From positions 99,696,001 through 99,760,000 of the forward strand of contig NC_042998.1 of assembly GCF_006345805.1 (NCBI RefSeq): 64,000 nt of DNA, given 5' to 3'. This document shows, in pieces, positions 23,221 through 37,114 of this stretch. Origin of the DNA: Octopus sinensis (Eukaryota). The stretch's first letter is position 1; each line of letters starts with the position of its first letter. The translations under genes were made by a program, and so were the position numbers. The notes beneath the pieces were generated by a model, which saw only the letters and a program-made list of their open reading frames with translations, searched no databases and was not told the DNA's origin.

Positions 23221-24424
23221 ACCAATTCTATTTGTAAATATCAGACTTGTTAATTTCTTAGTCGATGTGTGAACTGTGAGAGATGTATTTCTGAGAGAAG
23301 ATACAAAAGAAGATAACTGTTTTAGGCCCAAAGTACTGCTAAATAGAATTAATGATATCGACCAAGGTACAGGAAAAACGTTGACGGCTTGTGAGATTGG
23401 CTATTGTCTTAGTGCACTGAGGTCTATCCAAACTGTAAATGTTCATTGACGTCAACCCATACCTCTCGCAATACATTGTACAAACAAAGAGGAAGACCTC
23501 ACTTTGACAGGACACTGATCAATTTAGACCAAGCTTAACCTTTCGAGAGTGACAAGTATCAGCATTTCGTGGCTATCTCTGATGAGTTTTGGGTTAGGCT
23601 CATCTTCAGGTGTTAGATTGCTACTTTGTCTTTGCTCGGTTGAGCTGGTAAATAGTCACAAATTACTGAAGTTTGATACGTGCATTTGTTTCGGTTCTAC
23701 AATCAGATTTACAAGAATTGGGTCTCTGGACACTGTAACGTCGAAGTTCATGAGAATGACATCAGCGAAACATTTCAACTGGGGTCACAGACTTAGTTAA
23801 TACGTAGTAAACCTGTGAATCTGTGGCACACTCACATGTGTAACAGGTGAAAGTTTACAGAAAAGAAGATGAAATAAGAAAGAAGTCTGGGTTGGTAACT
23901 TTTCTTCAAGTCACTTAAGATCCTATCTCTACCAAAGGACATCCAATTGAAATTCAAGCCTTCACTTGTGTATGTATGCATTAATATATGTATATATTAC
24001 ATGTAAAGATTGCTCTCGAGTTTAAGATGAGAAGCGTTTGAGATGCAAGAGCTTTGACTTAAAGTGTTTATAATAAAAGACCCGGAATTTAGTTTATGTC
24101 GACAATCGCAAGAAAAAAAAAAGACATAATAAAAAGCACTACAGTTAAAATGTAAGTGAGAAAAAAAAAATTCTGAAGAAGCAGAACTGTAGTTAGTTGT
24201 AAAGGATTGTGTGCCGGAACGGTCTGTGAATACTCAAATATTGAAGTGTTGAAAAGTCTTACACCAACAACAATGTCTTTAAGATGTTAGAAATAAAACT
24301 GTACTATGACACGGGTGAGAAAAAAAAAATCGTCCACTAATACTTCTTCCTGTTTGTCTTTCTATTTATCATTTTCTCTTGATCTCACATTTGCAGGCAA
24401 GAAATAATAATAATAATAATAATA

Positions 24425-24488
<64 letters not shown>

Positions 24489-24990
24489 CATCATCATGTT
24501 GGCAGTGCAATAGGGAATCTGAAATGAAATAAGTGGGACAGTTTGAAGAAAATTCCAATGAATATTATATATATTTGGTGTGTTTTGTTTATTATTTGTG
24601 GGCGGTGGTATTAAGAATTCATATATTTCAAAGTCATAGCGTTTGCGTAAGAAAAACAAGTTAAGGATGAAGACAAAATACAGATACATTACATATTTTT
24701 TATAAACACATGAAAGAAAGTGGGAATAAAAGAGGCAGTACAAAACACATGTATGTAAGTATATACGAATGTATGTACGTATGTATGTTTGTATGTATAC
24801 ACATGCGTATATGCGTGTATGGGTGTGTGTGTATGTACATACATGTATGTATATATCATATCATATACACTGAGTTACAGTATAGTTATAAACACATGGT
24901 TTTCAAAATACAGCAGGCAAAAGAACACTTCCACCCAGAAACTCTTATAAACATTTGTATACACACGCGCGCGTTTCCTTGTGTGTGCGC

Positions 24991-25028
<38 letters not shown>

Positions 25029-25180
25029 TATGTGTATCTCTATATGCACGTGCGAACACTCATGCATACATGCATTGGCAAATTTATGTACATTGCCTAA
25101 TCGCCTATATCATATAATATTATGCGTCCGTGTGTCTGCATATACTCACAGACACAGATACACACGAACATGAACGAATG

Positions 25181-27260
25181 TACGACGGTCGTACCGAAAG
25201 CAATGCAGAAATGGGCATAACTTTTTCTTATTAACTCTCGTGTTTCATTGGAATTACACATGTTGGTAGAATAACTCTTTGTATATAGTAACACTTCATT
25301 AAAGGCGAATGACAGGGCTCGAAGCAGAAACAAATTGGTGTCATTGATTTCTCGATGAAAGAGTGATATAAGCTGTCTGACAACAACAGAAAGCAACAGG
25401 TTGTTTACGAAGATGACACGAATGACAAGAGCAATGTACACGGAAGTATGAAGAAATTTAAAGACTGGGAAACCAGCTTTGAAGACAAACTGCGCAATGG
25501 GAGGCCATCAACGGTGAGCACTGACACGAATTGCGAACGAGTGGACGAAATGATACACACGAACAAGTTATGCTCACTTATGCATTACTTTCGGTAGAAC
25601 ACTCATATACATGTTATGACATATTCATACATTTTTATACCGACACAAGTGCACGCACGCACGCACACACACATACATACTCTACAATCATCCCCTCTCT
25701 CTCCTCTCTGTCTTTGTGTGTGTGTATGTGTGTATGTGTGTGTGTGTGGTGTAAATGTATTTACATTATTGGGTGAAACTTCCCATAAATCTCTGCTTCT
25801 GTTGTCACGCACCTACATAGACTCATACAGTCATGCACATATACATACACACTTCACAAGTATAACAATCCATAAGCTAGCTTCACGATTGGATTATGGT
25901 CACAATACATCACAAAAGAAGGTGGACGACCTTAGCTATAAGAAAGTGTGTACGAAGTTTGATTGTTGACACTAGGTTTGAAGGACAGAAAAGTTTAAAT
26001 CTGCTCGGACCTGATCGAAACGTCTGAGGCCAATGAACGCAGTTTTTTTTATACATACCTAGTGACTTGGAATGAAATGTGGATGCATCTTGGATGATGT
26101 GGAAATGAAGGCTCAGTACACAGCATGGCGTTTCGCCTCTTCTTCAAGGTCTAAGAAGTTCAAAAGTTGGCAATCAGCACGGAAATTTATGATGGCTATT
26201 TTTTGAGATGACAACAGCGTCATTGTCCTTGATTTTCTGGAACATAGCTGTACGTAAAAAGCGAGCAGTACATTGATACGCTCCAACAGATTAGAGAAAC
26301 CGTGAAGAGGAAGGGTCCGAACAAAAATGTGAAAACGATTCACATTCACAATAACAATACATGACCATACTCATCTTTGGCAACAAATGAGGCAAGTGAT
26401 AAACTAGGCTGGTTAGTAGTTGCCTATACATATTACATTCCGGATCCAGCGCCCTCTAACATCCACCTGTTCAGTTCAATGAAGGGCAGTCTTCGGGGAC
26501 AAAGATTTGATGCTGCAGACAAGTGAAAGTATCTATGAAGTTTCGAGAGTTCGGTTAAGAAGATGTCACAAATACATTTCTCTTGATGGAGACAATGTTG
26601 AGTAGTACTGCGTATAGAGCAAGGGTTCTCATCCATGTTTTATCTAAGGACCCCTTTGAAATACTATTTTATTCTTGTCTAAAATCTTTCAAAATTCCTA
26701 TTATATTTTTCACACATTCACTTGTAGAGGATGAACAATGTAAAATGTTAGAGAAAGAAACCCAGCTGTTTCTTGCAATACATATATTTAAGGTAGGGGT
26801 TCTCAACCACTTTTTTTTTTCACCTCTGAACCTCTTTGAAATACTATATTATTCAGGTGGACCCCATAGCCATTCTATCTTTACAAACGAGTTTTATATA
26901 AACTTCTTTCAAAATTCCTATTTTGCTTTTCACACATTAATTTGAGAAGGATGAACTATGTAAAATACTAGAGAGAGAAAACTTGCTGTGTCTTGTAATA
27001 AAAAATATCAATACATACATCTAAAGCAAAAATTTTTCAAGGGCCCTTAAAATACTATTGTAGATCTATTGTAGAATTTATTATTTTGTTGTGTGGTTCT
27101 CCCAAAATCTTTATGGACCCTCGGGGGCCATATAGACCCCGGTTGAGATCCACTGATATTCAGGAAGTGTTACTCTCCCACCATGTGCAATCTGAACGAC
27201 CTACATCAGTTAATAAAATGTTATGCTCACTTTTGCATTACTATCAGTAGAAACCTCATA
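25181..27260 (+). mobile_element. Decayed full-span mariner transposon with nested insertions
   Basis: Left TIR tacgacggtcgtaccgaaagcaatgca and right TIR ...gcattactatcagtagaaacctcata. Motif remnants: FEDKLRNGRPST, SYKKVCTK, LVTWNEMWMH, SARKFMMAIF*D, HNNNT*PYS, YIPDPAPSNIHLF. Confidence 0.85.
26620..27155. mobile_element. hAT (Charlie-like) MITE with duplicated 5' part
   Basis: Ends taggggttctcaacc (26794) ... ggttgagatccactg (27155); extra partial 5' copy from 26620. Confidence 0.75.
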
Positions 27261-27659
27261 GACATATTACACCATATATTCATGCAGTTGAATACCGACA
27301 CATACACAGATACACACATACGAGCTCCATTTCTCATTTCTCTCCCCTCTCACCGTCTCTGTGGTATAAATGTATTTACATTATTGGGTGAAACTTCACA
27401 TAAATCTCTGCTTCTGTTGCCACACACCCACATATAGCCATACACGTATACATACACACCTCATAAATATAAACCAGCATTAAAATGTATATATGTAGAA
27501 CTATATATTCATATGTAGACGTACCCACCATACATAACGCGCCCTCTGCGTCACACATCCAGCCATATGAACACGTACATTCACAAACGATTATATTGGC
27601 GATTTGACATTTGAATAATAAGGTCAATATAAATTGAAATCTTTCTTGTGTCACTCGAT

Positions 27660-28005
27660 ATGTTCACACGCACATACATAACATACGCATGCGCATATAT
27701 ATATAAAACACGCACGTGCATATACATATATATGCACACAGAAACATGTATATAATATACATGTATGAATGTGTGTATGGTGTGTGCGTGTATATACATA
27801 TACATACATACATACATACATACATATTTATATATATATATATAGATATATTATAGTATATAAATATATATATTATATATATATATACACACATATGTAC
27901 ATGTATCTCAATTTAAATACACACACAGAACAACCATATTAGTTTAGCAGAAAAAACGAAATAAATGAAATAAATAAAATCAATACGGCTCTCTCTCTCT
28001 CTCTC

Positions 28006-28078
<73 letters not shown>

Positions 28079-28100
28079 ATATATATACGGAGATGATAGA

Positions 28101-28133
<33 letters not shown>

Positions 28134-28242
28134 GACAGACAGACAGGTAGGCAGACAGACAGATAGATAGACAAGCAGACACACAGATAGACAGACAGAC
28201 AGATAGACAGATTATATATATATATTATAATAATATATATAG

Positions 28243-28286
<44 letters not shown>

Positions 28287-28316
28287 GATAGATAGATAGA
28301 TAGTTAGATAGATAGT

Positions 28317-28369
<53 letters not shown>

Positions 28370-28760
28370 TTAAACGGTAGAAAGGTAGAAATGTGAGTTA
28401 GGGGCCGAAACTTTTTATGATCAGTCTGAATTGAAATCTGGGAATTTGATTTTCTATCAAGCGAAACGATTATTCCAACAGTCGTTATTCTTCAGTTGTA
28501 ATTTTAAACGAACACTAGAAATAATTACAATCCATTTTCTGTAAAGAAGAGAGTAGCCAGATTTTAAATCAGCGTGTAAATGGCATGCGAGGAATTCTCG
28601 CCACTTTTTTTTTTTGATCAGTAGAAAATATTATATATGTATGTACACACACACACGCGTTCTTACATATACATACTTACGTATCTATATACCAATTCAC
28701 ACACACACGTATATATATGTGCATACATAACATACATATATATAACACGTACGTATATAC

Positions 28761-28791
<31 letters not shown>

Positions 28792-28905
28792 CATGCATGT
28801 ATACATATATATATATATGTGTGGTATATATATATATATACATGCATATATATATACATATATATATATACATGCATATATACACCCACATATATATATA
28901 CACAT

Positions 28906-28946
<41 letters not shown>

Positions 28947-29170
28947 TATATTTATATACATATGCATGTATATATACACATGCATATATACACATACATA
29001 TACACATACATATATATACATACATATGTACTTGCATCCATACACATATGTATACTTACTCAAGTGCACGCACACACACATATACATACATCCATGTATA
29101 CATACACTTATATACACTTACAAACATACATACATACATACATATATATATATGTTTATATATATTTATA
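27660..29170. repeat. Microsatellite field: (TA)n, (GATA)n, (GACA)n, (CA)n
   Basis: Read directly from sequence; interrupted by a non-repetitive spacer at ~28370-28630. Confidence 0.9.
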
Positions 29171-29262
29171 CGTAAGTCGTCTAAAATTCCTTAAGTCAGG
29201 AAAAAGATGCATTCGTATATCTGTCAATAGAGTGGGTATATTATCCAAAGAGAACAACATTA

Positions 29263-29479
29263 TATATCCACCACAGCTGATGTTACCGATCGGTTTCACG
29301 CTTGGGGTACAACGGAGTGTGAGATAGCAATGCGGTTATATAACCCTATGCTCCTCAGAGATAGCCAATATCGAATGAAATTCTATATCGGCTACCTCTT
29401 ATATAATCAGATTGTTACATAACACTCCGTTGTACTCTTAGCGAGAAACCTATTGGTAAGATCAGCCGTTATGGATATA
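29263..29479. repeat. ~215-bp imperfect palindrome with a hammerhead-like motif on the minus strand
   Basis: Arms tatatcca..ac.gctgat.ttacc.at.ggtttc.cgct....gtacaacggagtgt; minus strand CTGAGGA (29358-29352) ... GAAAC (29297-29293). Confidence 0.75.
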
Positions 29480-29489
29480 ATACGTACAC

Positions 29490-29527
<38 letters not shown>

Positions 29528-29570
29528 CACACATATATATATACACACATTATATATATATATATATAAT

Positions 29571-29636
<66 letters not shown>

Positions 29637-30099
29637 TATATGTAGGTATGTATATGTTGATTGTAGCATCTTCATGGACAACTAACGTCGTGTTGTGCTT
29701 CTTGTGTTAGTAATTTTTCTGACTGTCCGACCATGATCTCTCGCATGACTTTTCAATTCCGTTGCAGATCTGCTTAGCTTGGCACATAGGTGACAGACGA
29801 AAGTCGTAACGTGCTGTGCATTTCCAATAGGTTAAGTTTGCACACGTCGCCATATCTCCATTTCCACAGGACTTCCAGTACTTCATAAAAGTAAGCTACG
29901 GGAAATAATTCGAACGGACTAATAGAATTAATTTAGATAATTGAGGTAGGTGGTGATTTAATGTATGATGTATGCAAAGGATTCTTGAAATGGACTTAAG
30001 AAGTTAAGAAACAATTTCACAGAAAATTGCATTTTCATACCTTGGGAAATAATCTAATATTTGTTAGAAATAATCTAATATTTGTTAGAAATAATCTAA

Positions 30100-31165
30100 T
30101 ATTTGTTAGACCAAGAAAGAGATTCTATAAGTGATTTTCTGTGTGCTGATGATTGCACTTTGATTTCTCATACATTAGAGGGAATTCAGGAAACAGTCAA
30201 CAGGTTTGTTGCGGTGGCCCGTGCATTTGGACTGACTATCAACATCAAGAAGACTGAAATTTTATTCCGACCAAGGCTTGGGGCAGAACACACTCAAGAT
30301 TCAAATGTGATTATTGACAATAAGCCACTCGAATGGGTCAGGTCATTTAAATATCTTAAAAGTACAGTAAACTTTAAGAGTACTCTTGACGAAGAAATTA
30401 ATGTTAGTATACCCAAGACTACAAGTGTTTTTGGAAAACTTATCCATCGTTTGTGGGATGAACACGTTTCAGTCTGAAAACTAAAATAAGTGCACACAGT
30501 TTTTTTTATTTTGAGCACACTTTTGTATGGGGCAGAAATATGAACTCCTTACTACGGACATATAAAGAAACTTGGAAATTTCCACATGTGCTGCCTGCGC
30601 AATATCTGCAACATAAAATGGCTAGATAAGATATCTTAGAAACATTTAATAACTTCAGTATTAAAAGCATGATGCTGAGAATTCAGTGCAGATGGGTAGG
30701 GCATGTTGTTCGAATGAAAGATAACCGCATTCCGAAAATTGCCAACAAGTAGAGGGATACCGCGGTAAAGAAAGACCTTTCCTTAGATATAAGAATAAGT
30801 TGAAGCAATCACTAAAGTCTCTACAGCTTAACTTGACATCTTGGGAAAGTCATTGCCTAGATCGATCAGAATGGCGTAAAATGTATCATGACGCATCAAA
30901 ACAATTCGAGTTGGAGAAACAGAACAGTAAAAGAATTACATCCTGCAATCAACAAACACATTTGCTCAATCTTGGACAAAATCAAAATCATCAGTGTCCC
31001 CATTGTGATTTCATAGCAAAATCTATTCCTGGACTTAAGTTATATTCGTGCATCCATAGCAAATAGATGCAGCTTCTTTTATTTTCAAAGTGGTTTTCTC
31101 TTTTCTCTCTCTCTCTCTTTTCTATTTAAACCCTCTCGTTCAAACACTCATGTGTTGAAATCGAC
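30100..31165 (+). mobile_element. RTE-clade LINE, 5'-truncated RT C-terminal half with terminal C2H2-like finger
   Basis: DFLCADDC...FGLTINIKKTEIL...FKYLKST; LLYGAEI*T; RWVGHVVRMKDNRIPK; CPHCDF...H. Confidence 0.92.
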
Positions 31166-31184
31166 TGGAGTGACCATCATATGA

Positions 31185-31545
31185 GTGGGTGTGTGGTAAG
31201 TATTTTGCTTCCCAACCACGTAGTTCCCGGTGCAGTCCCACTGCGTGGAACCTTGGTAGCTGTTATTCTACTAGTATCAGGTCGACAAAAACCTTGTGAG
31301 TGGATTTAGTAGATGGAAACTGAAAGAAGCCTGTCATATGTGTGTGTGTGTGTGTGTTTGTCCCCATTATCGGTTGACAACCGGTATTGAGGTGTTTACG
31401 ACTTCATAACTTAGCGGTTCGGCAAAAGAGGGCTATGGAATATGTTCCAGGCTTAAAAAATGTACTGAAGTCGATTCACTCGACTAAAATTTCTCAAGGC
31501 GGTGTCCAACATAGCCGCAGTCATGACTGAAACAACTGAAGCAAT
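31185..31545 (+). mobile_element. SINE family A
   Basis: Matches the family A consensus. Confidence 0.88.
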
Positions 31546-31664
31546 ATAAACAATATATATATATATATATAATATATAGTATATATATATATATATATAT
31601 ACATCTATACATACATATATAAATTCGGTGTGTGTTGCATTCCATTACTTAGTAAATGAAAAAT

Positions 31665-31877
31665 GTATGGTAAATAAACGATATAACGTTACTGAGCGTA
31701 AAACCGGACGGGAGACAAAGACAGAAGGTCCTTAATTCGTCATCAGTTAGCAACCAGGTGCGAAACTGAGTATTAGCAATTGGTTGATAATTGATGAAGA
31801 ACTAGGGACCTTCTGTGTTTCTCTGCCGTCTGGTTTTACACTCGGTATAAATTATGTCGTATGTTTATTTACCATAC
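31665..31877. repeat. ~210-bp imperfect palindrome
   Basis: Arms gtatggtaaataaac...gtaaaacc.gacgg...acagaaggtcc.ta.ttc.tcatca.tta.caacca around a ~24-nt loop. Confidence 0.85.
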
Positions 31878-32104
31878 TTTTTTTTATATTTATGTATGTA
31901 TATATATAATGATTCCGCGCTTAGCCATACCCGTTCGTCAAATGGGTAACAGGTGACTATAAGATATAGCACTAGAACTCAAATATTCGTGCACTGTTTC
32001 TTGTAACCGAAACATCTCTCCATTAACACAGATTATTAAGTGACATCCTTTCCTAACACACACAGACACACACAGACACACACACATACACAGCGTGAGT
32101 GATA

Positions 32105-32174
<70 letters not shown>

Positions 32175-33079
32175 GAAAGAGAGAGAGAGAGAGAGAGAGT
32201 GGGGAAAGAGAGAGCGATTGAGACAGAGGAGAGAGAAGGAGAGAGTGTGTGTGCCACAGATTTCAAAATTTTAAAATTAAGTGAAAATTATCAAATTTGG
32301 TATATTGGTGTACTTTTTCACGCTGATTCTGATTTTGTGATTCATTTATTTCAGAAAAAAAATCATTTAGAAAAATGTAACGGAGTTTTAATGTTTGATA
32401 ATTTTTACCGAATCACAAAACAGGATTTGGAAGCTAGCATTTTCTGCGTGATAGCCATCACAAAAGGAAAACAATTACGCCGACGAAGTTTTAATCAAAT
32501 TGAAAGCTAAACATTACTACAACGAAGGTTGTAAGAAGTTTTAAGGAATAGATTTATGTAAAACAGTCGAACAAGCATGTAAATAATTTACACGGAGATA
32601 GACTATGTTGATATTGCATTACATGTCATATCAAGAGAGAAAGGAAGGAGCAACATGCAATGAGTAATACATATACAGAGAGAGAGTGGGGGGAGAGAGG
32701 GAGAGAGAGAGAGAGAGGGAGAGAGAGAGAGAGGGAGAGAGAGAGAAGAGAGAGAGAAAGAGGGAGAGAGAGAAAGAGAAATTGATAAAGAGTGTCATAA
32801 ATATACAGAGAAAAGGAAAAAGCACAAAAGAGAGAGCCTGATGGAGACAGATAGATAGTGGTAGATTTGGTGATGCAAAAGTGGAATTATTTCTCTTAGA
32901 AAATTATATTTTTTTATTACGACATACCGAAGACCTCTCCGATGGGACGCAAATTTCGAAAATCAAATCCGTTTTTCTCGAGAACACATGGTTTCGAAGC
33001 CTTTCCGCGACATACTCTCTCTCTCTCTCTCTCTCTCTACTATAGGCACTGGACGAAATATTATTTCTTAATAATAGTA

Positions 33080-33445
33080 ATTCTTTTTGCTATAGGTACA
33101 AGGCCTGAAATTTTAAGAGCAGGGCGTCTAGTCGATTACTTGTCTAGTATTTAAGTTTCACGGTCCCGGAGGGATGAGAGGAAAGTTAAGCTCAGCGGTA
33201 TTTGAACTGAGAACGTAATGAATCGGTAGAAATGCCGCTGCGCCTTTTGATCAAGGTGCAAATGATTCTGTCAGTTCATCGCCTTCTTAATAATAATAAT
33301 ATTAATAGATATAATAATAATCTTTCCTTCAATAACCATAAGGCTTGAAGTTTTGGGGGAAGGACTAATTGATTACATTGGCCTCAATGCTCGACTGGCA
33401 CTTATTTTATCGACCACGAAAGGATGAAAGGCAAAGTTGACTTTG
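33080..33445 (-). mobile_element. Degenerate SINE family B copies
   Basis: gaaaggatgaaaggcaaagttgac and tttgaactgagaacgtaa match the reverse complement of family B. Confidence 0.7.
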
Positions 33446-33499
33446 TGCATTCTCCTCAATCTGATTGACTAAGTTCTGTTAATATTGAGCCTTTGAAAA

Positions 33500-33850
33500 C
33501 CAGAAAATCCAAACTAAACTGCACGAGAGTTAAAACAGTTCAGTTCAAGTCACACTTCGTCATAAAACACTTTCATGAGCTATGAAAAGTGTCTAAACTT
33601 GATCAGTACCTCTATCATCATCTGGCTGCTTCTCAGTTTAATCTCTACTCGTTATTAAGGAGTAGATTTGTTACCAAACCTTTCCTGATGAAAAGTGGTT
33701 TCCCCATAATCATATCTAACGAAAACGGCGATGGTTACCGAAAGAAAATAAAAGAATCCATCCTCAAACCACCACTACACCCGAAAAAAGTTATGCTCTG
33801 TGTTTGGTGGGATATGTAGGGTGTCATCTATCATGAAGTATTAAACAGAT
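33500..33850 (+). mobile_element. mariner transposase fragment
   Basis: KPPLHPKKVMLCVWWDM*GVIYHEVL. Confidence 0.85.
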
Positions 33851-33911
33851 AGAAAAATAGATAGGTGTAGGGTGTGAATATATGTATACATTGTATGTGT
33901 GTATGTCTACC

Positions 33912-33959
<48 letters not shown>

Positions 33960-34834
33960 TGCATATACAAACACAGAGCAGCCTTTATTGCCCATCTATC
34001 TATGACCCAACACTCTTCAAATATGTATGAATCCCACACAATATTATCTTCCTCTTTATATCGGATCTTGTATCTAGTCAGAAATGACTTAAAGCGCAGT
34101 TTCTTAGACATTCAGAATCTTTGAATAGAATATTTTAAATTTTAAATATCAATTCTTACCCAATCCGATTTATTTGTAGTCTTCGGGGGAAATTATGCAT
34201 TATATTTCCTTGAACTTGTCTTCTTTTAAGGTCGTGTTCGTGTATCAAAAGCTGACATGTACAAAAATCTAACGTAGTTATATATTAGTTTTTCAACATT
34301 TTCGGTAGGATATTGAACTAAATAATGCTTCTTCCCTGTCAACCTTATCAGTACCAAAAATTAAAAGAAGAAATACATGTGTGTTTAATTCCAACGTTCA
34401 GTAATTGCAAGAATACAAGAAGATTTGGAGTGTTTAAAAAAAAACACGAAAAAGAAAAGGAAAATACAATAGGTAACAATACATATTCCTAACTTCAGGT
34501 TTCACAAAATATACTGAATTATTTTAAGAAAATATATACCTTTAACAAAAGAAAGCAATTTTTATTTTATTTACATTAGAAATATTATTGATGGTGGTGG
34601 TGGAAATAGAGGATAGAAAGTACAAATTCTTACAAAAATTATTCTTGAAAACACATTGCCGCTTCTATTCACGAACACAAGTATCTTTTTCTATGCCAGG
34701 TTGTTATGGAGAATGTATGACCAAATTTCTGCTTTGAAATATAATGCCACTTCAATAAAACCATTCACAAACATTTACAAACAGTCTTTGAATCCCTTTC
34801 CTACAATATGTTTCCTCCTCCCGCCTCTACCTAC

Positions 34835-34917
<83 letters not shown>

Positions 34918-35759
34918 CATACGTACGTACATACCTATTTATATCTCTTACTAAAACCTGTCCTTCTGTCTGTGTTTCAGCTCAGCTGTTTGCTCTAACT
35001 TCTACTTATCTTTACGCAATGCAAACGACGTCACTGACCAAATTGCAGCATACAAATGTGTATATACATGTGAGTAGATAATTTCCATATGAAAATATAC
35101 AAGCGTTATGACCAGCCTCCCTTAAGCATTCCGTATCTAATTCATTTCCTTTTGATAACATGCAGTTGCCTCATATACAGGAGACGCCTATTCCTGTAAC
35201 ATAGTTGTTTTTGCTATAAACAACGCAACATGACAACATTTAAACTTCAGATCAGAATACCTCACAGCTTCAATTATAGCTATTTTTATCAGTCAAATCT
35301 AATATTTCAAATTACTTTTGATTATTGCATTGACGAAGAAATTGTAGTTATTCTTTCTGTCCTTTAATTGACTTCGTATGGAATGAATAAATCGGTTTTA
35401 AACGGATGCAATTTGTTTTCACTCTTTAAGATCAAAGTGTGTTTTTAGAGAAATATTAAACATGAGAAATTTTTGTTTTTCAGTGAAGCAAACAACAGAA
35501 TTTGGAGCATTGATGTCTTTTGGTTGAAGCTGTAGGTTAAAGCTATATACAAACACATACGTATAGACAAACATGCATACACACAAACACGCATTATATA
35601 CATATATGTTAAGATGGCACAAAAGGAGAGTCATTCGTTTTCAGTGAAATTTTCTCCTCTCATCATCATCATCATCATTTAAAATATTTTGGTCCACTGC
35701 AAAACTGGCACTTTTGTGTGACACTTTTTTTTATTGTTCTGAAGAAAGAAGCAGTACTC

Positions 35760-36010
35760 ATGACCTTAATAATACCAATAACCGTCACAGGCCTTCAGAG
35801 ATTCATGAGATTGATATAGTTGATCTTTTAGTTTGAACATCAGTAAGCCAACGTCTGCAGGAAAAGAACTGGTCGAGAGAGGAAGTTCCGGAGAGTTGAC
35901 ACTCTTGGTAGATAGGATTGCGTCAAGTGATCACGGAAAAGCCTCTATGTTGGAGAAGTCAGCCATACTGACGTTTGCACTATAATGATCCTTGCTTTTT
36001 CTAAATTCGT
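35760..36010 (-). mobile_element. L2/CR1-like LINE 3' end, decayed
   Basis: QSYLPRVSTLRN...SFPADVGLLMFKL..INYINL resembles LINE ORF2 termini. Confidence 0.45.
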
Positions 36011-36411
36011 TGACTCCAGTCTCTTTCAGCTAAATATTTTCGAGCAACAAACTTGAATCACCCTGAACCAAGCATTAACCCTATTTTCCTTCTTCAGTTT
36101 TCTCCAGTTCTTCTGTCTAAGAAAACTGATAGTGCCATAAGTACTGCCCTTACTAATAAATAAACCAAATAGTTGCTGTTGAATTAACCCCTGGCTAGCA
36201 CTAATTGAGTAAATCTATATTCAAAGGCGTTCCAGATATGACCATCCCGTTTTTGACGGGTATCTAGATATACATTATGCAATGTGTCCTCTCTTTTTTA
36301 AGCCGCTTGAGCATAATTCGAGATGACTGTTTTCCCCGGTTGAGCAAAGTCCTCGATCAACTGGTTTCAATTTGCGCGGGAAGCCTCTTAAAATACTTAA
36401 ATTCTTGCTAA

Positions 36412-36639
36412 TTACTCTAGAGATATATCTGAAAATCTGTCAATCCGGTTTCTTTCCTCTATAAAGTAGGGGTTTGTGCCTTGCTCAAAACCTGGTGAGA
36501 AAAGCTGTGGAGCAAGAATTGAGCTTTTGTCAAAGAGGGACAGCGATATGGCTTCAATATCCGCAAATGTTTTGAAGAAAAGAATGAATGCTACATATCC
36601 CAAACAAAAGACAATGACTATTTCAGTGTTAAGTTCCAT
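36412..36639 (-). CDS. Candidate host coding exon / small ORF (75 aa) with N-terminal hydrophobic segment
   Basis: Acceptor ttatcacttttcag| at 36652/36651, ATG 12 nt later. Translation MELNTEIVIVFCLGYVAFILFFKTFADIEAISLSLFDK...RNRIDRFSDISLE*; non-repetitive sequence. Confidence 0.3.
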   Translation of the reverse strand: MELNTEIVIVFCLGYVAFILFFKTFADIEAISLSLFDKSSILAPQLFSPGFEQGTNPYFIEERNRIDRFSDISLE

Positions 36640-36840
36640 GATGAAATTTTCCTGAAAAGTGATAATAGCACTAACTCGATTATACGATACTAATCTGTTA
36701 ATACCTTTCCAGAACATAAAACAAGGGATTGTTTTCTGAAAAGCATAGAAAGATATTCGAATGTGTATGTGTGTGGGTGGGTATATATATGAGTCTGTGT
36801 GTACATATACACGCGTCTCTCTGTTTCGCTTTATGTGCAC

Positions 36841-36871
<31 letters not shown>

Positions 36872-37078
36872 GTGTGCGCGCGTGTATGCGTGTGCGCGCG
36901 CGTGTGTTTGCTATTTATAACAGTTTGATTCTAACAGAAGCCCGTCTCTTTCAGGCTTTATAGGCCAGCAACATTAAGTCGTATGGAACCAAATCAAACT
37001 ATTTTCAATAATACACGTAACTCCTATTAAATATGATAAGTCCCCTTTTCTGTCATTTGTCTACTCATTCGTATATAA

Positions 37079-37114
<36 letters not shown>

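Noticed and set aside
33911-34340. Minus-strand ORF fragments with a gtaaga donor at ~34159
   Set aside because: Weak acceptors, an implied intron under 40 nt, and no recognisable product.
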